From NCBI GenBank assembly GCA_041742825.1, contig JBGTNX010000045.1, forward strand, positions 14,465 through 78,464: 64,000 nt of DNA. The letters are read 5' to 3'. A model generated the notes under the pieces. That model was not told where the DNA came from. It made no database searches and worked only from the letters and a program-made list of their open reading frames with translations. Position numbers and translations under genes: made by a program. Source of the DNA: Acidimicrobiia bacterium (lineage in GTDB: Bacteria > Actinomycetota > Acidimicrobiia > Spongiisociales > ZC4RG35). Shown one piece after another: positions 9,814-21,437 of the stretch; within the stretch, counting starts at the first letter, position 1, and each line of letters begins with the position of its first letter.

Positions 9814-10660
9814 TCCGGTAGAGGCGTTCCAGGTCTGCGATCGACCCGAATCGGATCTCGACTCTTCCTTTCTGGCTCCGATAGTCGATCTTGACCTTCG
9901 CCCCGAGCCTGTCGGCGAGCCTCTTCTCGAGCTCGATGATTTCAACGGGTCGGATCGTCTTGACCGATCCGACGCCCGAGTCGGAACCAGCCTCCACACC
10001 GCGACGGAGCCTGACCGCGTCTTCGATCTGACGGACACTCCACCCATCCGCGACTGCTTTGCCGGCCAGATGGACCGCATACTTTTCGTCCTCCAGGCCG
10101 ACGAGCGCCCTGGCGTGGCCGCTCGAAAGGTCCCCGTCTTCGACGTAAGACTGAATCTCAGCCGGGAGCTGGAGCAGGCGAAGAGTGTTCGATATCGTTG
10201 GCCTCGACTTGCCAACGCGTGAAGCAATCGCATCCTGAGTCATTCCATATTCTTCCAGGAGTTGACGGTAGGCACGCGCTTCCTCGAGCGGTGTCAGGTC
10301 CATCCTTTGCACGTTTTCGACCAGGGCTTCGACAAGAGTGTGATCTCCGGACTTTTCCCGAATCACGGCGGGGATGGTGCTGAGCCCGGCTCGCTTTGCG
10401 GCGCGCCAGCGACGCTCCCCCGCGATGAGCGTGTATCCGTCGTCCCGCTCTTCGACAACAACCGGTTGCAGGACCCCGAGCTCGTCGATTGATTTCGCCA
10501 GCTCCGCCAGAGAATCGTCGTCGAACTTGACCCGCGGCTGATCAGGATTGGCCCTGATCTGGTCGACCGCGATCCGGGCATAGCCAGTTGCACCCCCGGA
10601 CGATTCGGTCGGGATCAATGCCTCGAGACCCCGTCCTAGACCACTCTTGCGCACTGCCAT
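9797..10660 (-). CDS. parB: Chromosome partitioning protein ParB
   Basis: GLGRGLEALIP N-terminal motif. ParB box and HTH are present. Confidence 0.95.
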   Translation of the reverse strand: MAVRKSGLGRGLEALIPTESSGGATGYARIAVDQIRANPDQPRVKFDDDSLAELAKSIDELGVLQPVVVEERDDGYTLIAGERRWRAAKRAGLSTIPAVIREKSGDHTLVEALVENVQRMDLTPLEEARAYRQLLEEYGMTQDAIASRVGKSRPTISNTLRLLQLPAEIQSYVEDGDLSSGHARALVGLEDEKYAVHLAGKAVADGWSVRQIEDAVRLRRGVEAGSDSGVGSVKTIRPVEIIELEKRLADRLGAKVKIDYRSQKGRVEIRFGSIADLERLYRIMTAG

Positions 10661-10662
10661 GC

Positions 10663-11484
10663 CTACGCCTCCTTCCCTAGACCGTGTCGCTCACGGAACT
10701 CCCTGCCCAATTGTCGGTAGGCGATCGCCCCCCGGCTCATCGGATCAAACGCCTCGATCGGCTCACCGTATGACGGGGCTTCGGACAGACGCACCGAGCG
10801 TGGGATCACTGTCCGGTAGCAACTATTCCCGAAGTGCTTTCGAACTTGTTCCGATACTTCCCGGGAAAGTTTGGTCCTGCCGTCATACATGGTGAGGACA
10901 ACGCCCCCAACCTTTAAGTTTGGGTTGAGGTTTGCCGTGACCAATTCAACATTTCGCAATAGTTGGGTCACCCCCTCGAGGGCGTAGTACTCGCATTGGA
11001 TCGGGATCACAACTTCCTGGGCTGCGGAAAGGGCGTTGACGGTGAGCAGACCGAGCGAGGGTGGACAGTCGATCAAAACCAGGTCAAAACTCTGCTCCAT
11101 GGCCGCGATTGCGCTCCGCAGCCTGGTTTCACGTGAAAACTGCGACACCAGCTCGATCTCGGCGCCGGCGAGGTCGATGGTCGCTGGAACCACAAACAGA
11201 TCCTTGACCGAGGTGGGTTCAATAGCGTCCTCGAGCTCGGTTTCCTTGAGTAATACGTCGTAGATCGACAATTCGATGGTGCTGCGGTCGATACCCAGCC
11301 CTGAGGTGGCGTTCCCTTGGGGATCGAGGTCGACAAGAAGGACTTTGAGCTCTTGAAAGGCGAGGGCCGCCGCCAGATTGATCGCGGTAGTCGATTTTCC
11401 GACGCCGCCCTTTTGATTGGCCAGCGCCACAATCAGCGTATCTTTGGAAGTCTTGCTCACGTCTGACGCATCATAAGGATCCAA
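10663..11484 (-). CDS. parA: Chromosome partitioning ATPase ParA/Soj
   Basis: Deviant Walker A KGGVGKST. Confidence 0.95.
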   Translation of the reverse strand: MDPYDASDVSKTSKDTLIVALANQKGGVGKSTTAINLAAALAFQELKVLLVDLDPQGNATSGLGIDRSTIELSIYDVLLKETELEDAIEPTSVKDLFVVPATIDLAGAEIELVSQFSRETRLRSAIAAMEQSFDLVLIDCPPSLGLLTVNALSAAQEVVIPIQCEYYALEGVTQLLRNVELVTANLNPNLKVGGVVLTMYDGRTKLSREVSEQVRKHFGNSCYRTVIPRSVRLSEAPSYGEPIEAFDPMSRGAIAYRQLGREFRERHGLGKEA

Positions 11485-12056
11485 ACGTTGCGATCGAGGA
11501 ACGCTGACCCGATTTCTTTTATCTCATATCCACCGGGCTCCGGCCTTTCGCTCCAAGATCCGCCTATAATTGCGACCCCACCCGGTTTGAGCAGGGTTTT
11601 CAAGCTTGGGCGCAACTCATCGGGTGGTACTGTCGCCCGGGAAACCAGCGCCGAGACCGGTTGTTTCCAGTCACGTAGCTCCGATTGAATCACCTCGACG
11701 TTGTCCAATTGCAGGACCCGGACCGCTCTCCGTACCAAAGCCACCCTCCGCGCCGAACGATCGAGAAGGACAAACCGGGTGGCTGGCAACAAGCACGCCA
11801 GTGGGATACCAGGGAGCCCGACCCCGGTGCCGACGTCGAGGACCAGGTCGGTCGGCTCCATAACCGTTGCAAACAGCAACGAGTCGGCAATATGCCTGGT
11901 GTCGAGTCGTGGGGCCTCTCCGGGGCCGATACCGCCGGCCGGGATCGCTTCAGCTCCCAGCCATTCCCGATATCGGATCAATTTCTCGGTCAGCTCCCGA
12001 GGAACCAAAAATCCTGAAGCATTTGCAATTTGTCGCCAGAGGTGGCTGGGTTCCAC
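11457..12056 (-). CDS. rsmG: 16S rRNA (guanine527-N7)-methyltransferase RsmG/GidB
   Basis: SAM-binding motif DVGTGVGLPGIPLA. Conserved position. Confidence 0.9.
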   Translation of the reverse strand: MEPSHLWRQIANASGFLVPRELTEKLIRYREWLGAEAIPAGGIGPGEAPRLDTRHIADSLLFATVMEPTDLVLDVGTGVGLPGIPLACLLPATRFVLLDRSARRVALVRRAVRVLQLDNVEVIQSELRDWKQPVSALVSRATVPPDELRPSLKTLLKPGGVAIIGGSWSERPEPGGYEIKEIGSAFLDRNVWILMMRQT

Positions 12057-12150
12057 GTGAAACAGTCTACGGCGAGTGAAATAAAAAGGGGACCCGGCCC
12101 GTGGAGAGGGCCGAGTCGAAGATCGTCAATGGAAAAATGGGCGGTTTCGC

Positions 12151-13023
12151 CTATTCCTCTTCTTCGCCAGAGGCGAGTTCACTATTTGCCGCCAGCACCA
12201 CGTAGCGTCGTGGTGGTTCGCCCTCCGAGTATGAGGTCACCGTTTCACTGGCCGCAGCGGCATCGTGGATCACTTTGCGGTCGGCCGAGCTCATCGGTTC
12301 CAGGATCAGCTCTCCACCATCGGCGGTCAATTGCTCGATCAGCTGATTCGCATATATGGTGAGGGCTTCGCGACGTCGTTCCGCATATCCGGCAATATCG
12401 AGCCGGAGACGGGCTGAATCTGCAGCATATCGCTGCATCACGGTACGGGTCAGCTCGTGGATTGCGGAGCGAACCGAACCCCGAACCCCGATCAGGGCCT
12501 CGGTCTGTTCCCCGTTGATATCGGCGACGATTGCGTCGTCTTCGACTCTGGTGACAACTTCGCCTTCGAGTCCGTAGACTTCGACGAGACCTTTGAGAAA
12601 GTCAGCGACGATTTCGGTCTGCTTCTCGATGGAGAGGTCTTCGCGATCGTCTTCTTTTTTGTCAGGCTTGTTACGACTCATGTCGCGTCCCCTGTTTCCT
12701 TGGTTTCCCGTCGATTGACCCTTGTTTTGCTGGGTATTTTGCTCGTGACGACCCTTGCCGCCACCACCGCGGCGGCCCCTGGGCTCTGCTTGGGCGGACT
12801 CTTCAGGGTTCTTCTTACCACGATCACGACGCCTCTTGCTTGGCGCACGCCGTTTTACCTGGACAATGGCATCGGTTCCGCCCATCCCCAGGAAGCCGCG
12901 TTCCGGTTCTTTGATCACCGTCACCGCAAGCTGCTCACGGTCATCGACACCGAGTTCCTGCATTGCGGCCTCGACCGCGAGGTCTACCGTCTTGGCCCTG
13001 ACCTCTATCTCAACGTAACTCAA
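12151..13023 (-). CDS. jag: Jag/KhpB (R3H + KH domain RNA-binding protein)
   Basis: Jag_N motif (YVEIEVRAKTVDLAVEAAMQELGV), a charged linker, and a C-terminal R3H. The start is trimmed to TTG at 13023 because the longer ORF overlaps yidC. Confidence 0.8.
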   Translation of the reverse strand: MSYVEIEVRAKTVDLAVEAAMQELGVDDREQLAVTVIKEPERGFLGMGGTDAIVQVKRRAPSKRRRDRGKKNPEESAQAEPRGRRGGGGKGRHEQNTQQNKGQSTGNQGNRGRDMSRNKPDKKEDDREDLSIEKQTEIVADFLKGLVEVYGLEGEVVTRVEDDAIVADINGEQTEALIGVRGSVRSAIHELTRTVMQRYAADSARLRLDIAGYAERRREALTIYANQLIEQLTADGGELILEPMSSADRKVIHDAAAASETVTSYSEGEPPRRYVVLAANSELASGEEEE

Positions 13024-13024
13024 G

Positions 13025-13882
13025 TTACTTCCTCCTGCGCCTGCGGCGCTTGTCTGCGGCACCCGGTTGCGGTTTGCTCTCCCGCGGCTCGCCGGTTTCG
13101 GACGCCGGTTTCCCGTCGTCCTCCGAAGCCGAGCCCGGTGAAGGTGGGCGCCCGTCGATCTTGAAAATGAGAATCTGTTGTCCGAGGCGGAACAGGTTCG
13201 AAGTTGCCCAGTAGAGGCCGAGCCCGGCCGGGAACCCGTAGGAGATAAACCCAATGAACAAAGGCATTATCTTCGTGATGGCCTGAGTGGCGCCCGCACC
13301 AGGCTGACCGCTGGGGCGTTCCTGACCGTAAGTGGAGTGCCACTGTTGGACGTACTGGGTTACCACCATTGCTGCCATCAGCAGTAGGTAGGGGAGCGCG
13401 TTGACCAGGGAGCCTTCGCTGATCGCCTGGGAGGGTGAGGTGCTCAACTCCAGACCCAGGAACAGTTCGTCAACCCCGCTGGCCAATTCCATTCCGAGAG
13501 CGGTGGCGGAATCGATGAATCTCGTTGGCTCACGAAGCAACGTGAACAAAGCGAACCAGATCGGCATCTGAACCAGCATCGGGAGCAGACACCCACCGGG
13601 GGTGGCCCCTGCTTCCTTCTGCAGCGCCATCAGCCGGCGTTGCATCTCCGGAGGATCTTCTTTGAATTCTGCCTGGATCTTCTTGATCTTGGGCTGGATC
13701 GCGGCAAATGCCCTTGTCGAGCGGGTTTGCTTCAGCGTCAAGGGAAATACCAGGATGTTGATTGTGATAGTGAGGAAGATGATCGACAGTCCGTAGCCCC
13801 ATCCACCGCTGAAAGTCGGAGTGAGTAGTTCATAGAAGAAGGCAAGGATCGAGCCGAGGATCTGCGCAATGAAGTCGAACAT
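13025..13882 (-). CDS. yidC: Membrane protein insertase YidC
   Basis: Multi-TM 60 kDa inner-membrane protein family with a basic C-terminal tail. Conserved position. Confidence 0.9.
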   Translation of the reverse strand: MFDFIAQILGSILAFFYELLTPTFSGGWGYGLSIIFLTITINILVFPLTLKQTRSTRAFAAIQPKIKKIQAEFKEDPPEMQRRLMALQKEAGATPGGCLLPMLVQMPIWFALFTLLREPTRFIDSATALGMELASGVDELFLGLELSTSPSQAISEGSLVNALPYLLLMAAMVVTQYVQQWHSTYGQERPSGQPGAGATQAITKIMPLFIGFISYGFPAGLGLYWATSNLFRLGQQILIFKIDGRPPSPGSASEDDGKPASETGEPRESKPQPGAADKRRRRRRK

Positions 13883-14160
13883 CAGCTAGATCTCCAACTT
13901 TCAGGGACCGGGTCGTAACCACCGTCCCGGAGTGGGTGGCATCGTCCCACCCGTTTCATCCCGAGCAACACGCCTTTGAAAACCCCAAACCTGGTGATGG
14001 CCTCAGCTGCATAAGAGGAGCAGGTGGGGGAGTAGCGACAATTTGCCCCCAGCCGCGGACTTACCAATTTTTGGTAAATCCGGATAAACCCAACGAGGAC
14101 GTTACGGGGGCGCAGCGATTCAATCACTGTGACAACCCCTCGAGAGCGCGTTCCAGCCAC
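13882..14160 (-). CDS. yidD: Membrane protein insertion efficiency factor YidD
   Basis: YidD signature ([36 protein letters not shown]). Confidence 0.8.
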   Translation of the reverse strand: MAGTRSRGVVTVIESLRPRNVLVGFIRIYQKLVSPRLGANCRYSPTCSSYAAEAITRFGVFKGVLLGMKRVGRCHPLRDGGYDPVPESWRSS

Positions 14161-14357
14161 CCCAGCAGAGTGGGGTGGGAGGCATCTACGATCGACTTGC
14201 GGGCGATAATCACATAATCCATTGCTGGTTGAAGCTGTACTGCTCGGACAGTATGACGTAACCGTCTCTTGACCCGGTTTCGCGCAACCGCACTACCGAT
14301 GTTCTTCGAAACTGTCAGACCCACTCGGGGTGGGCCCTCATCACCGCTGGCGGCCAC
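14124..14357 (-). CDS. rnpA: RNase P protein component RnpA (5' end unresolved; conserved N-terminus continues to about 14440)
   Basis: RNR motif ([11 protein letters not shown]). The upstream in-frame sequence (LRAPRDFRRVLKEGKRRTVGGIVL) is RnpA-like but lacks ATG/GTG/TTG. See findings. Confidence 0.75.
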   Translation of the reverse strand: MAASGDEGPPRVGLTVSKNIGSAVARNRVKRRLRHTVRAVQLQPAMDYVIIARKSIVDASHPTLLGWLERALEGLSQ

Positions 14358-14439
14358 AAGGACGATTCCCCCGACGGTCCTGCGTTTCCCTTCTTTCAGT
14401 ACTCTACGGAAATCCCGCGGGGCCCGAAGGGAGACGACA

Positions 14440-14574
14440 TCATGCTGCGAGACGCTTACGGCCTTTCCCGCGACGCGATTTGAGCACGCTCCGACCGGCT
14501 CGGGTTTGCATCCGATTCCTGAAGCCGTGCCGGCGCTTGCGTCGCCGAACTTTTGGTTGATATGTCCTCTTCAT
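14440..14574 (-). CDS. rpmH: 50S ribosomal protein L34
   Basis: [44 protein letters not shown], 44 aa. The ORF-track upstream extension is rejected. Confidence 0.9.
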   Translation of the reverse strand: MKRTYQPKVRRRKRRHGFRNRMQTRAGRSVLKSRRGKGRKRLAA

Positions 14575-14839
14575 AGAAACACTCAAGGGTAGAGGTGGTG
14601 AACCACCACAGGATATGGGGACAACCATCCATAGTCAAAGCGGCCAAGCGGGCTGAGCGACCTTGGTCGCTCAGCGAGCGTCGTTCCCCCGGAGGCGAAA
14701 GCCGAACGGGGGAAAGGTCCCTGCGCCCGCCGCCAGGCGGGCGGAGGTAAGGGGGGAGTGGTCCACCCGGCTGGGAGATCGTCCGCGTCACACAATGACA
14801 CCCAAGTGCCGTTGGTGGGAACGGCCCACACTCGACGCC

Positions 14840-15230
14840 GGCCCTTGTGGTCCACCCTCGGGGGATACAAGGAGGGTCGGCCCCCTTGCAAAACACAGGT
14901 CGCGAAGAAAGGGGGCAGGTCGCGAAAGATTGGGGAATGGGGGTTCGGGCGATTGTGGACCCCAAGTCGGTCGGCCCTTAATCTGGAAAATACCGTTGCT
15001 ACCTGGGATTTTGCCTGTGGATAGCATGGGAGTAGGTCTTCCACAGCGGTGATTCTCGCGGTCTTGACGACGCCGGAGGACCCACCGATACTCGCCGGTC
15101 TGACACAACGAAAGCATCCGACTTCCCCGCCCTGGATTCACGGCAGAGGACTCGCTTTCGATGACAACAACATGTCCGGTAGCTGAACGCAGGGCTTTCC
15201 ACAGTTGTGGACTGCGCTGTGGACAACTCC
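14840..15230. promoter_or_regulatory. dnaA upstream region with DnaA-box cluster (dnaA promoter / possible oriC module)
   Basis: DnaA-box-like 9-mers: TGGTCCACC (about 14848), TTGTGGACC (14954), TGTGGATAG (15016), TTCCACAG (15040 and 15196), TTGTGGACT (15205), and TGTGGACAA (15219, perfect TTGTCCACA). Confidence 0.5.
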
Positions 15231-15240
15231 GGCGGGAGGA

Positions 15241-16647
15241 GTGAGGACCTTGGCACAAGCGCTTCGCGCCGAAGACAAGTGGAAACAATTCAGGGATGCG
15301 GTTCAAGCCGGTGTCTCGAAGTCGAATTGGCAGACATGGCTGTCGCGTATCGACGTCGATCTGATCGAAGACCCACCCGTCCTGATCGTCCCTTCGGAGT
15401 TCCACTTGAAATGGATCCAGGACAAGCACGGCGACCTCATCCAGACCGCCTATCGCGAGGTTTTCCACAGCAAGGAGGCACCGGCCTTTCGTGTGGTCGA
15501 AGGGATGGTCCCCGAATTGCCACTCGAGCCCGCCGACGATGTCCCCGAACAACTCCCCGCGTCGATGCAGAAGTCGAGTACCGGACCGGAGACGAACCTC
15601 ATCTCCAGATACCAGTTCGAGAGTTTCGTCGTCGGACAGTCCAACCGATTCGCATGGGCGGCGGCGATGGCCGTTGCCGAACAGCCCGGAGCCCACTACA
15701 ACCCGTTGTTCATCTATGGGCCGGCCGGCCTCGGCAAGACCCACCTGCTCAACGCGGTGGGTCACCACGCATCCGAGATGTACTCCGACCTGGTGGTGCG
15801 CTATGTGTCGTCTGAGAATTTTCTGAACGACTTCATCGACTGCATCCGACGCAAGCGCGTCGAAGACTTCAAGCATCGCTACCGGGGCGTCGATCTCCTC
15901 CTCCTCGATGACGTCCAGTTCTTCGAGGGCAAGGAGCAGATCCTCGAGGAGTTCTTCCACACCTTCAACTCCCTCTACGAGTCGGGCAAGCAGATGGTCA
16001 TCAGCTCCGATCGGCACCCGAGGAACCTCTCGTCTCTGGAGAGTCGGCTCCGCAGCCGGTTTGAATGGGGGCTACTCACCGACATCCAGCCCCCCGATGT
16101 TGAGACCAGGCTGGCGATTCTGAAGACAAATGCCGAGTTCGCACCACGACCGGTCCCGATCCAGGTCCTCGAGTACATCGCGGGACTGGTTTCGGACAAC
16201 ATCCGAGAGCTCGAAGGTGCCCTGACCCGGGTCACCGCATGGTCGGCCCTGAACCGGAGCGACATCGACCTCGAAATGGCACAGCGTGTACTGCAGGACA
16301 TGGTGACCGCCAACGAGCCCATAGTGCTGGGTCCGGATGAGATAATCCGGACGACCGCCACATCTTTTGGCTTCTCAGCCGAGGATGTCCTCAGCCCGAG
16401 CCGTCGTCAGCCTCTCGTCATGTGCCGGCAAGTTTCGATGTACCTGTGCCGGGAATTGACCGACCTCTCGCTGCCCAAGATCGGCGAGGCCTTCAACCGT
16501 GACCACACCACGGTCCTCCATTCGGTGGAGAAAGTGAAGCGCGTCCTCCGGTCGGATCGGGCAGTCTTCGACAGGGTCACCCAATTGACACAGGACCTGA
16601 GGAAAGGTGAGGGCATTTCCACAGGCAACGGAGCTATGCACAGATGA
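15241..16647 (+). CDS. dnaA: Chromosomal replication initiator DnaA
   Basis: AAA+ Walker A GPAGLGKTHL. DnaA box-binding domain IV. GTG start at 15241 behind a GGGAGGAG RBS, chosen because DnaA boxes occupy 15196-15227. Confidence 0.95.
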   Translation: MRTLAQALRAEDKWKQFRDAVQAGVSKSNWQTWLSRIDVDLIEDPPVLIVPSEFHLKWIQDKHGDLIQTAYREVFHSKEAPAFRVVEGMVPELPLEPADDVPEQLPASMQKSSTGPETNLISRYQFESFVVGQSNRFAWAAAMAVAEQPGAHYNPLFIYGPAGLGKTHLLNAVGHHASEMYSDLVVRYVSSENFLNDFIDCIRRKRVEDFKHRYRGVDLLLLDDVQFFEGKEQILEEFFHTFNSLYESGKQMVISSDRHPRNLSSLESRLRSRFEWGLLTDIQPPDVETRLAILKTNAEFAPRPVPIQVLEYIAGLVSDNIRELEGALTRVTAWSALNRSDIDLEMAQRVLQDMVTANEPIVLGPDEIIRTTATSFGFSAEDVLSPSRRQPLVMCRQVSMYLCRELTDLSLPKIGEAFNRDHTTVLHSVEKVKRVLRSDRAVFDRVTQLTQDLRKGEGISTGNGAMHR

Positions 16648-16804
16648 CCCCTGGTTGTGCCCTTTCCCTCCCCAGCGACTTCAACAGCCAAACGATCAAT
16701 GACTACCGTGGATATCCGGGCCTATCCACAAATCAACAGCCCTCTACTACAACTAATACTCTTTAAATGAGTAATTTCAGAAGTAACAGAAGGGACCACC
16801 ACCT
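16648..16804. other. oriC core candidate (dnaA-dnaN intergenic): two converging DnaA boxes + AT-rich DUE
   Basis: GTGGATATC (16717) and CTATCCACA (16731). An approximately 50-nt AT-rich stretch (CTCTACTACAACTAATACTCTTTAAATGAGTAATTTCAGAAGTAACAG) sits in an otherwise high-GC genome. Confidence 0.6.
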
Positions 16805-17887
16805 GTGAGAATCCGTGCCGAGCGAGACGATCTCGCAGATGTATTCACCCGAGCCAATCGGGCAGTGGGTACCAGGACCGCCCTGCCGGTCCTGCAGGGA
16901 TTGCTCTGTGAGGTCTCGGGAAACACCCTCCGTGTCACCGGCACCGACCTGGACGTAACGGTCAAGACCTCCACCGAAGTGGATGTGATCGAAGAGGGCC
17001 GCGCCGTCATCCCGGCCCGCCTCCTTTCGGAGGCAGTGCGAAAGATGCCCCAGGGCTCGGTGACCATTGGTGTCACCGAAAGCGAGATCGAGATCCAGGG
17101 GAATGGCCCCCGGTTCAACCTCCGGCCTCTCAACGTCGACGACTTCCCCACCCAGGAAGACCTCGTGACCGACGGTGTCGAGGTGGACGGTGAGGAACTT
17201 GCCGATGCAATATCCCAGGTGACGATCGCTGCATCGGGTGATGGGGCCCGGCCAATCCTGACCGGGGTCCTTTTCGAAGGCACTGAGTCGGGGCTGCGGA
17301 TGGTGGCGACCGACTCTTACCGCCTGGCCAAGCGGGAGGTCCCCGGTGTCGGCCTCGAGGGGTCAGGTCTGGTGCCGGCCCGTGGCCTCCGGGAGCTCCC
17401 GAGAACGATCGGCTCCACAAAGGTGACGGCACAACTGCGGGAACGCGAGGCGGTGTTCAGTTCAGACAAGGGAATGCTCCGACTCAGGCTCATCGATGGG
17501 AACTTTCCCAAGTACCAATCGTTGCTGCCGGAGTCGTATCCGAACCAGATGGTTGTCGACAAAGAAGAGCTCCTCGACGCCCTGGGTAGGGTCACTCTCG
17601 TTGCAGAGGACCATATTCCGGTCCGGCTCAAGCTGCTCGATGGCGGAGTCGAAGTGACCGTCACCAGACAGGATGTCGGCGGTGAATCAGAGCACATTCC
17701 GGGTGAGTTCTCAGGTGCTGACGAAGACGTCACGATCGCCTTCAATCCCCGTTACCTCCAGGACGGTGTCGGGGCGATTCACGGGGACAAGATCAGGATC
17801 CGGGTCATTGACGCGTTCAAGCCGAGCGTCGTCGACTCCGGCTCCGACGATCAGTATCTCTACCTGCTGATGCCAGTTCGGGTGTAG
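16805..17887 (+). CDS. dnaN: DNA polymerase III beta sliding clamp
   Basis: Three-domain beta-clamp (about 360 aa). GTG start. Conserved position. Confidence 0.95.
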   Translation: MRIRAERDDLADVFTRANRAVGTRTALPVLQGLLCEVSGNTLRVTGTDLDVTVKTSTEVDVIEEGRAVIPARLLSEAVRKMPQGSVTIGVTESEIEIQGNGPRFNLRPLNVDDFPTQEDLVTDGVEVDGEELADAISQVTIAASGDGARPILTGVLFEGTESGLRMVATDSYRLAKREVPGVGLEGSGLVPARGLRELPRTIGSTKVTAQLREREAVFSSDKGMLRLRLIDGNFPKYQSLLPESYPNQMVVDKEELLDALGRVTLVAEDHIPVRLKLLDGGVEVTVTRQDVGGESEHIPGEFSGADEDVTIAFNPRYLQDGVGAIHGDKIRIRVIDAFKPSVVDSGSDDQYLYLLMPVRV

Positions 17888-17988
17888 GTCCCCAGGCCCG
17901 TCACACCTGGTTTGTATAACTGTCCGGCAGCCGGCAACCGCCCGGCGTTCGAGATCCCACACTTGCAGCGGCAACGGAGTGAAGCGTC

Positions 17989-19086
17989 GTGAAGATTGAT
18001 TGGATCGCTCTCGGGGACTACCGGTCTTACGGAGAGTTGGACTGGAAACCCGAAGACGGGGTCAACATCCTGGTCGGGCCGAATGGTGCCGGGAAGACCA
18101 ATCTCCTCGAGGCAATCTCCTACATGGCCACGCTGCGTTCGTTTCGCAAAGCGCCCGACGCAGCGCTCGTCGCCGACGAGGCCGAAGCAGCGATCATCAG
18201 GGCCGGCGTCTCCTCGGGGGAGCGAGACCGCCTCATCGAAATCGAGATCCCACAACGCGGGCCCAGGCGAACCCAGGTCGACAAACAGCGGCTGCGCAGG
18301 ACATCGGACCTTCTCGGAGTGCTCCGGGTGGTCGCTTTCCTTCCGGAGGATCTCGACCTGATCAAGCGGGGCCCTGCCTATCGGAGAGATCTGCTCGACG
18401 AGGTAGGGGTGCAACTCTGGCCTGCGGCCTTCGTCGACCAGGCAGACTTCGAACGGTCCCTGCGGCAGCGGAACGCATTCCTCAGATCAGGCTCGCGAGA
18501 CCATGCAAGTCTCGATGTCTGGGATGCGCGTCTGGCTCAGGCCGGCGGCAAGGTCGCTCTGCGACGGTCGCGCGTTGTCGAGGGCATGATCCCGCTCCTC
18601 GTCGCCGCCTACCGGGAGATCGCGGCCGCGGAGGCCAGCGTCGATATCCGCTATGAGACCGCCTGGCCGGTCGATCGTTTCATCGGAGGGAGCGCAGCGG
18701 CTTTCACCGAGTCGATGATTGTCAGCCTCAAAGAATCGCGCCCCGCCGACTTCGAGAGACGGATCACAACAGTCGGCCCACACCGGGACGAGCCGGTCCT
18801 CGACCTCGACGGCCACGATTCGCGTATTCATGGGAGCCAGGGCGAGCAGCGGACCATGGCCCTGGCGATCAAGCTCGCCGCCCATCGTCTGATCGCCGAA
18901 GCAACGGGGGCGCCTCCGGTGCTCCTCCTCGACGATGTCTTCAGCGAACTCGACCCAGAGCGCTCAGTCGCCCTTGCCGGAGCTCTCCCTGCAGACACTC
19001 AAACTCTCATCACCTCGGCCCGGCCCGACGAGGTTCCGGTGGGCGGGGTCATATGGACCGTCGATGGAGGGATCGCCCGTGGGTGA
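17989..19086 (+). CDS. recF: DNA replication/repair protein RecF
   Basis: Walker A GPNGAGKTNLLEA. SMC-like signature. Conserved position. Confidence 0.95.
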   Translation: MKIDWIALGDYRSYGELDWKPEDGVNILVGPNGAGKTNLLEAISYMATLRSFRKAPDAALVADEAEAAIIRAGVSSGERDRLIEIEIPQRGPRRTQVDKQRLRRTSDLLGVLRVVAFLPEDLDLIKRGPAYRRDLLDEVGVQLWPAAFVDQADFERSLRQRNAFLRSGSRDHASLDVWDARLAQAGGKVALRRSRVVEGMIPLLVAAYREIAAAEASVDIRYETAWPVDRFIGGSAAAFTESMIVSLKESRPADFERRITTVGPHRDEPVLDLDGHDSRIHGSQGEQRTMALAIKLAAHRLIAEATGAPPVLLLDDVFSELDPERSVALAGALPADTQTLITSARPDEVPVGGVIWTVDGGIARG

Positions 19087-19096
19087 CGGCAACGAC

Positions 19097-19381
19097 ATGA
19101 GCTCGTTCGGTTCCGCGATGAAAGACATGTTCCGACGGCTGGGCCTGCCCGACCCGATGCTCGTCGGACGGATCCGCGACGAGTGGGACGATTTCGCCGG
19201 CCACCCCTGGGTCGGGCGGTCGAAACCGGTCACCATCCAGGGGACGACTCTTGTCGTCGAGGCCAGTTCGCCCTCACTCATCGCCTTCCTGAAGTACGGC
19301 TCGGAAGACCTGCTTGCGAAGCTGGGGGAGAGGTTTGGCCCGGGTCTCATCGATATGGTCGATGTCCGCCCGCCGCAGTGA
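19097..19381 (+). CDS. DUF721/DciA-like protein (Rv0004 homolog)
   Basis: Lies between recF and gyrB as in mycobacteria. ATG at 19097 (alternative GTG at 19079 overlapping the recF stop). Confidence 0.7.
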   Translation: MSSFGSAMKDMFRRLGLPDPMLVGRIRDEWDDFAGHPWVGRSKPVTIQGTTLVVEASSPSLIAFLKYGSEDLLAKLGERFGPGLIDMVDVRPPQ

Positions 19382-19455
19382 AAAGGGGCTTCCATTGATT
19401 CGGTTTTGTCGGTACTTCTAAGTAGAATGACACATGTGAAAGTTTCCCGCCATGA

Positions 19456-21429
<1,974 letters not shown>

Positions 21430-21437
21430 GCTGAAAC

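Noticed and set aside
14575-14628. 18-codon N-terminal extension of rpmH in the ORF track
   Set aside because: L34 is universally about 44-46 aa and starts at MKRTYQP. The extension is an ORF-caller artefact.
14788-16017. 409-aa minus-strand ORF
   Set aside because: Antisense to dnaA. Typical high-GC open antisense frame with no motifs.
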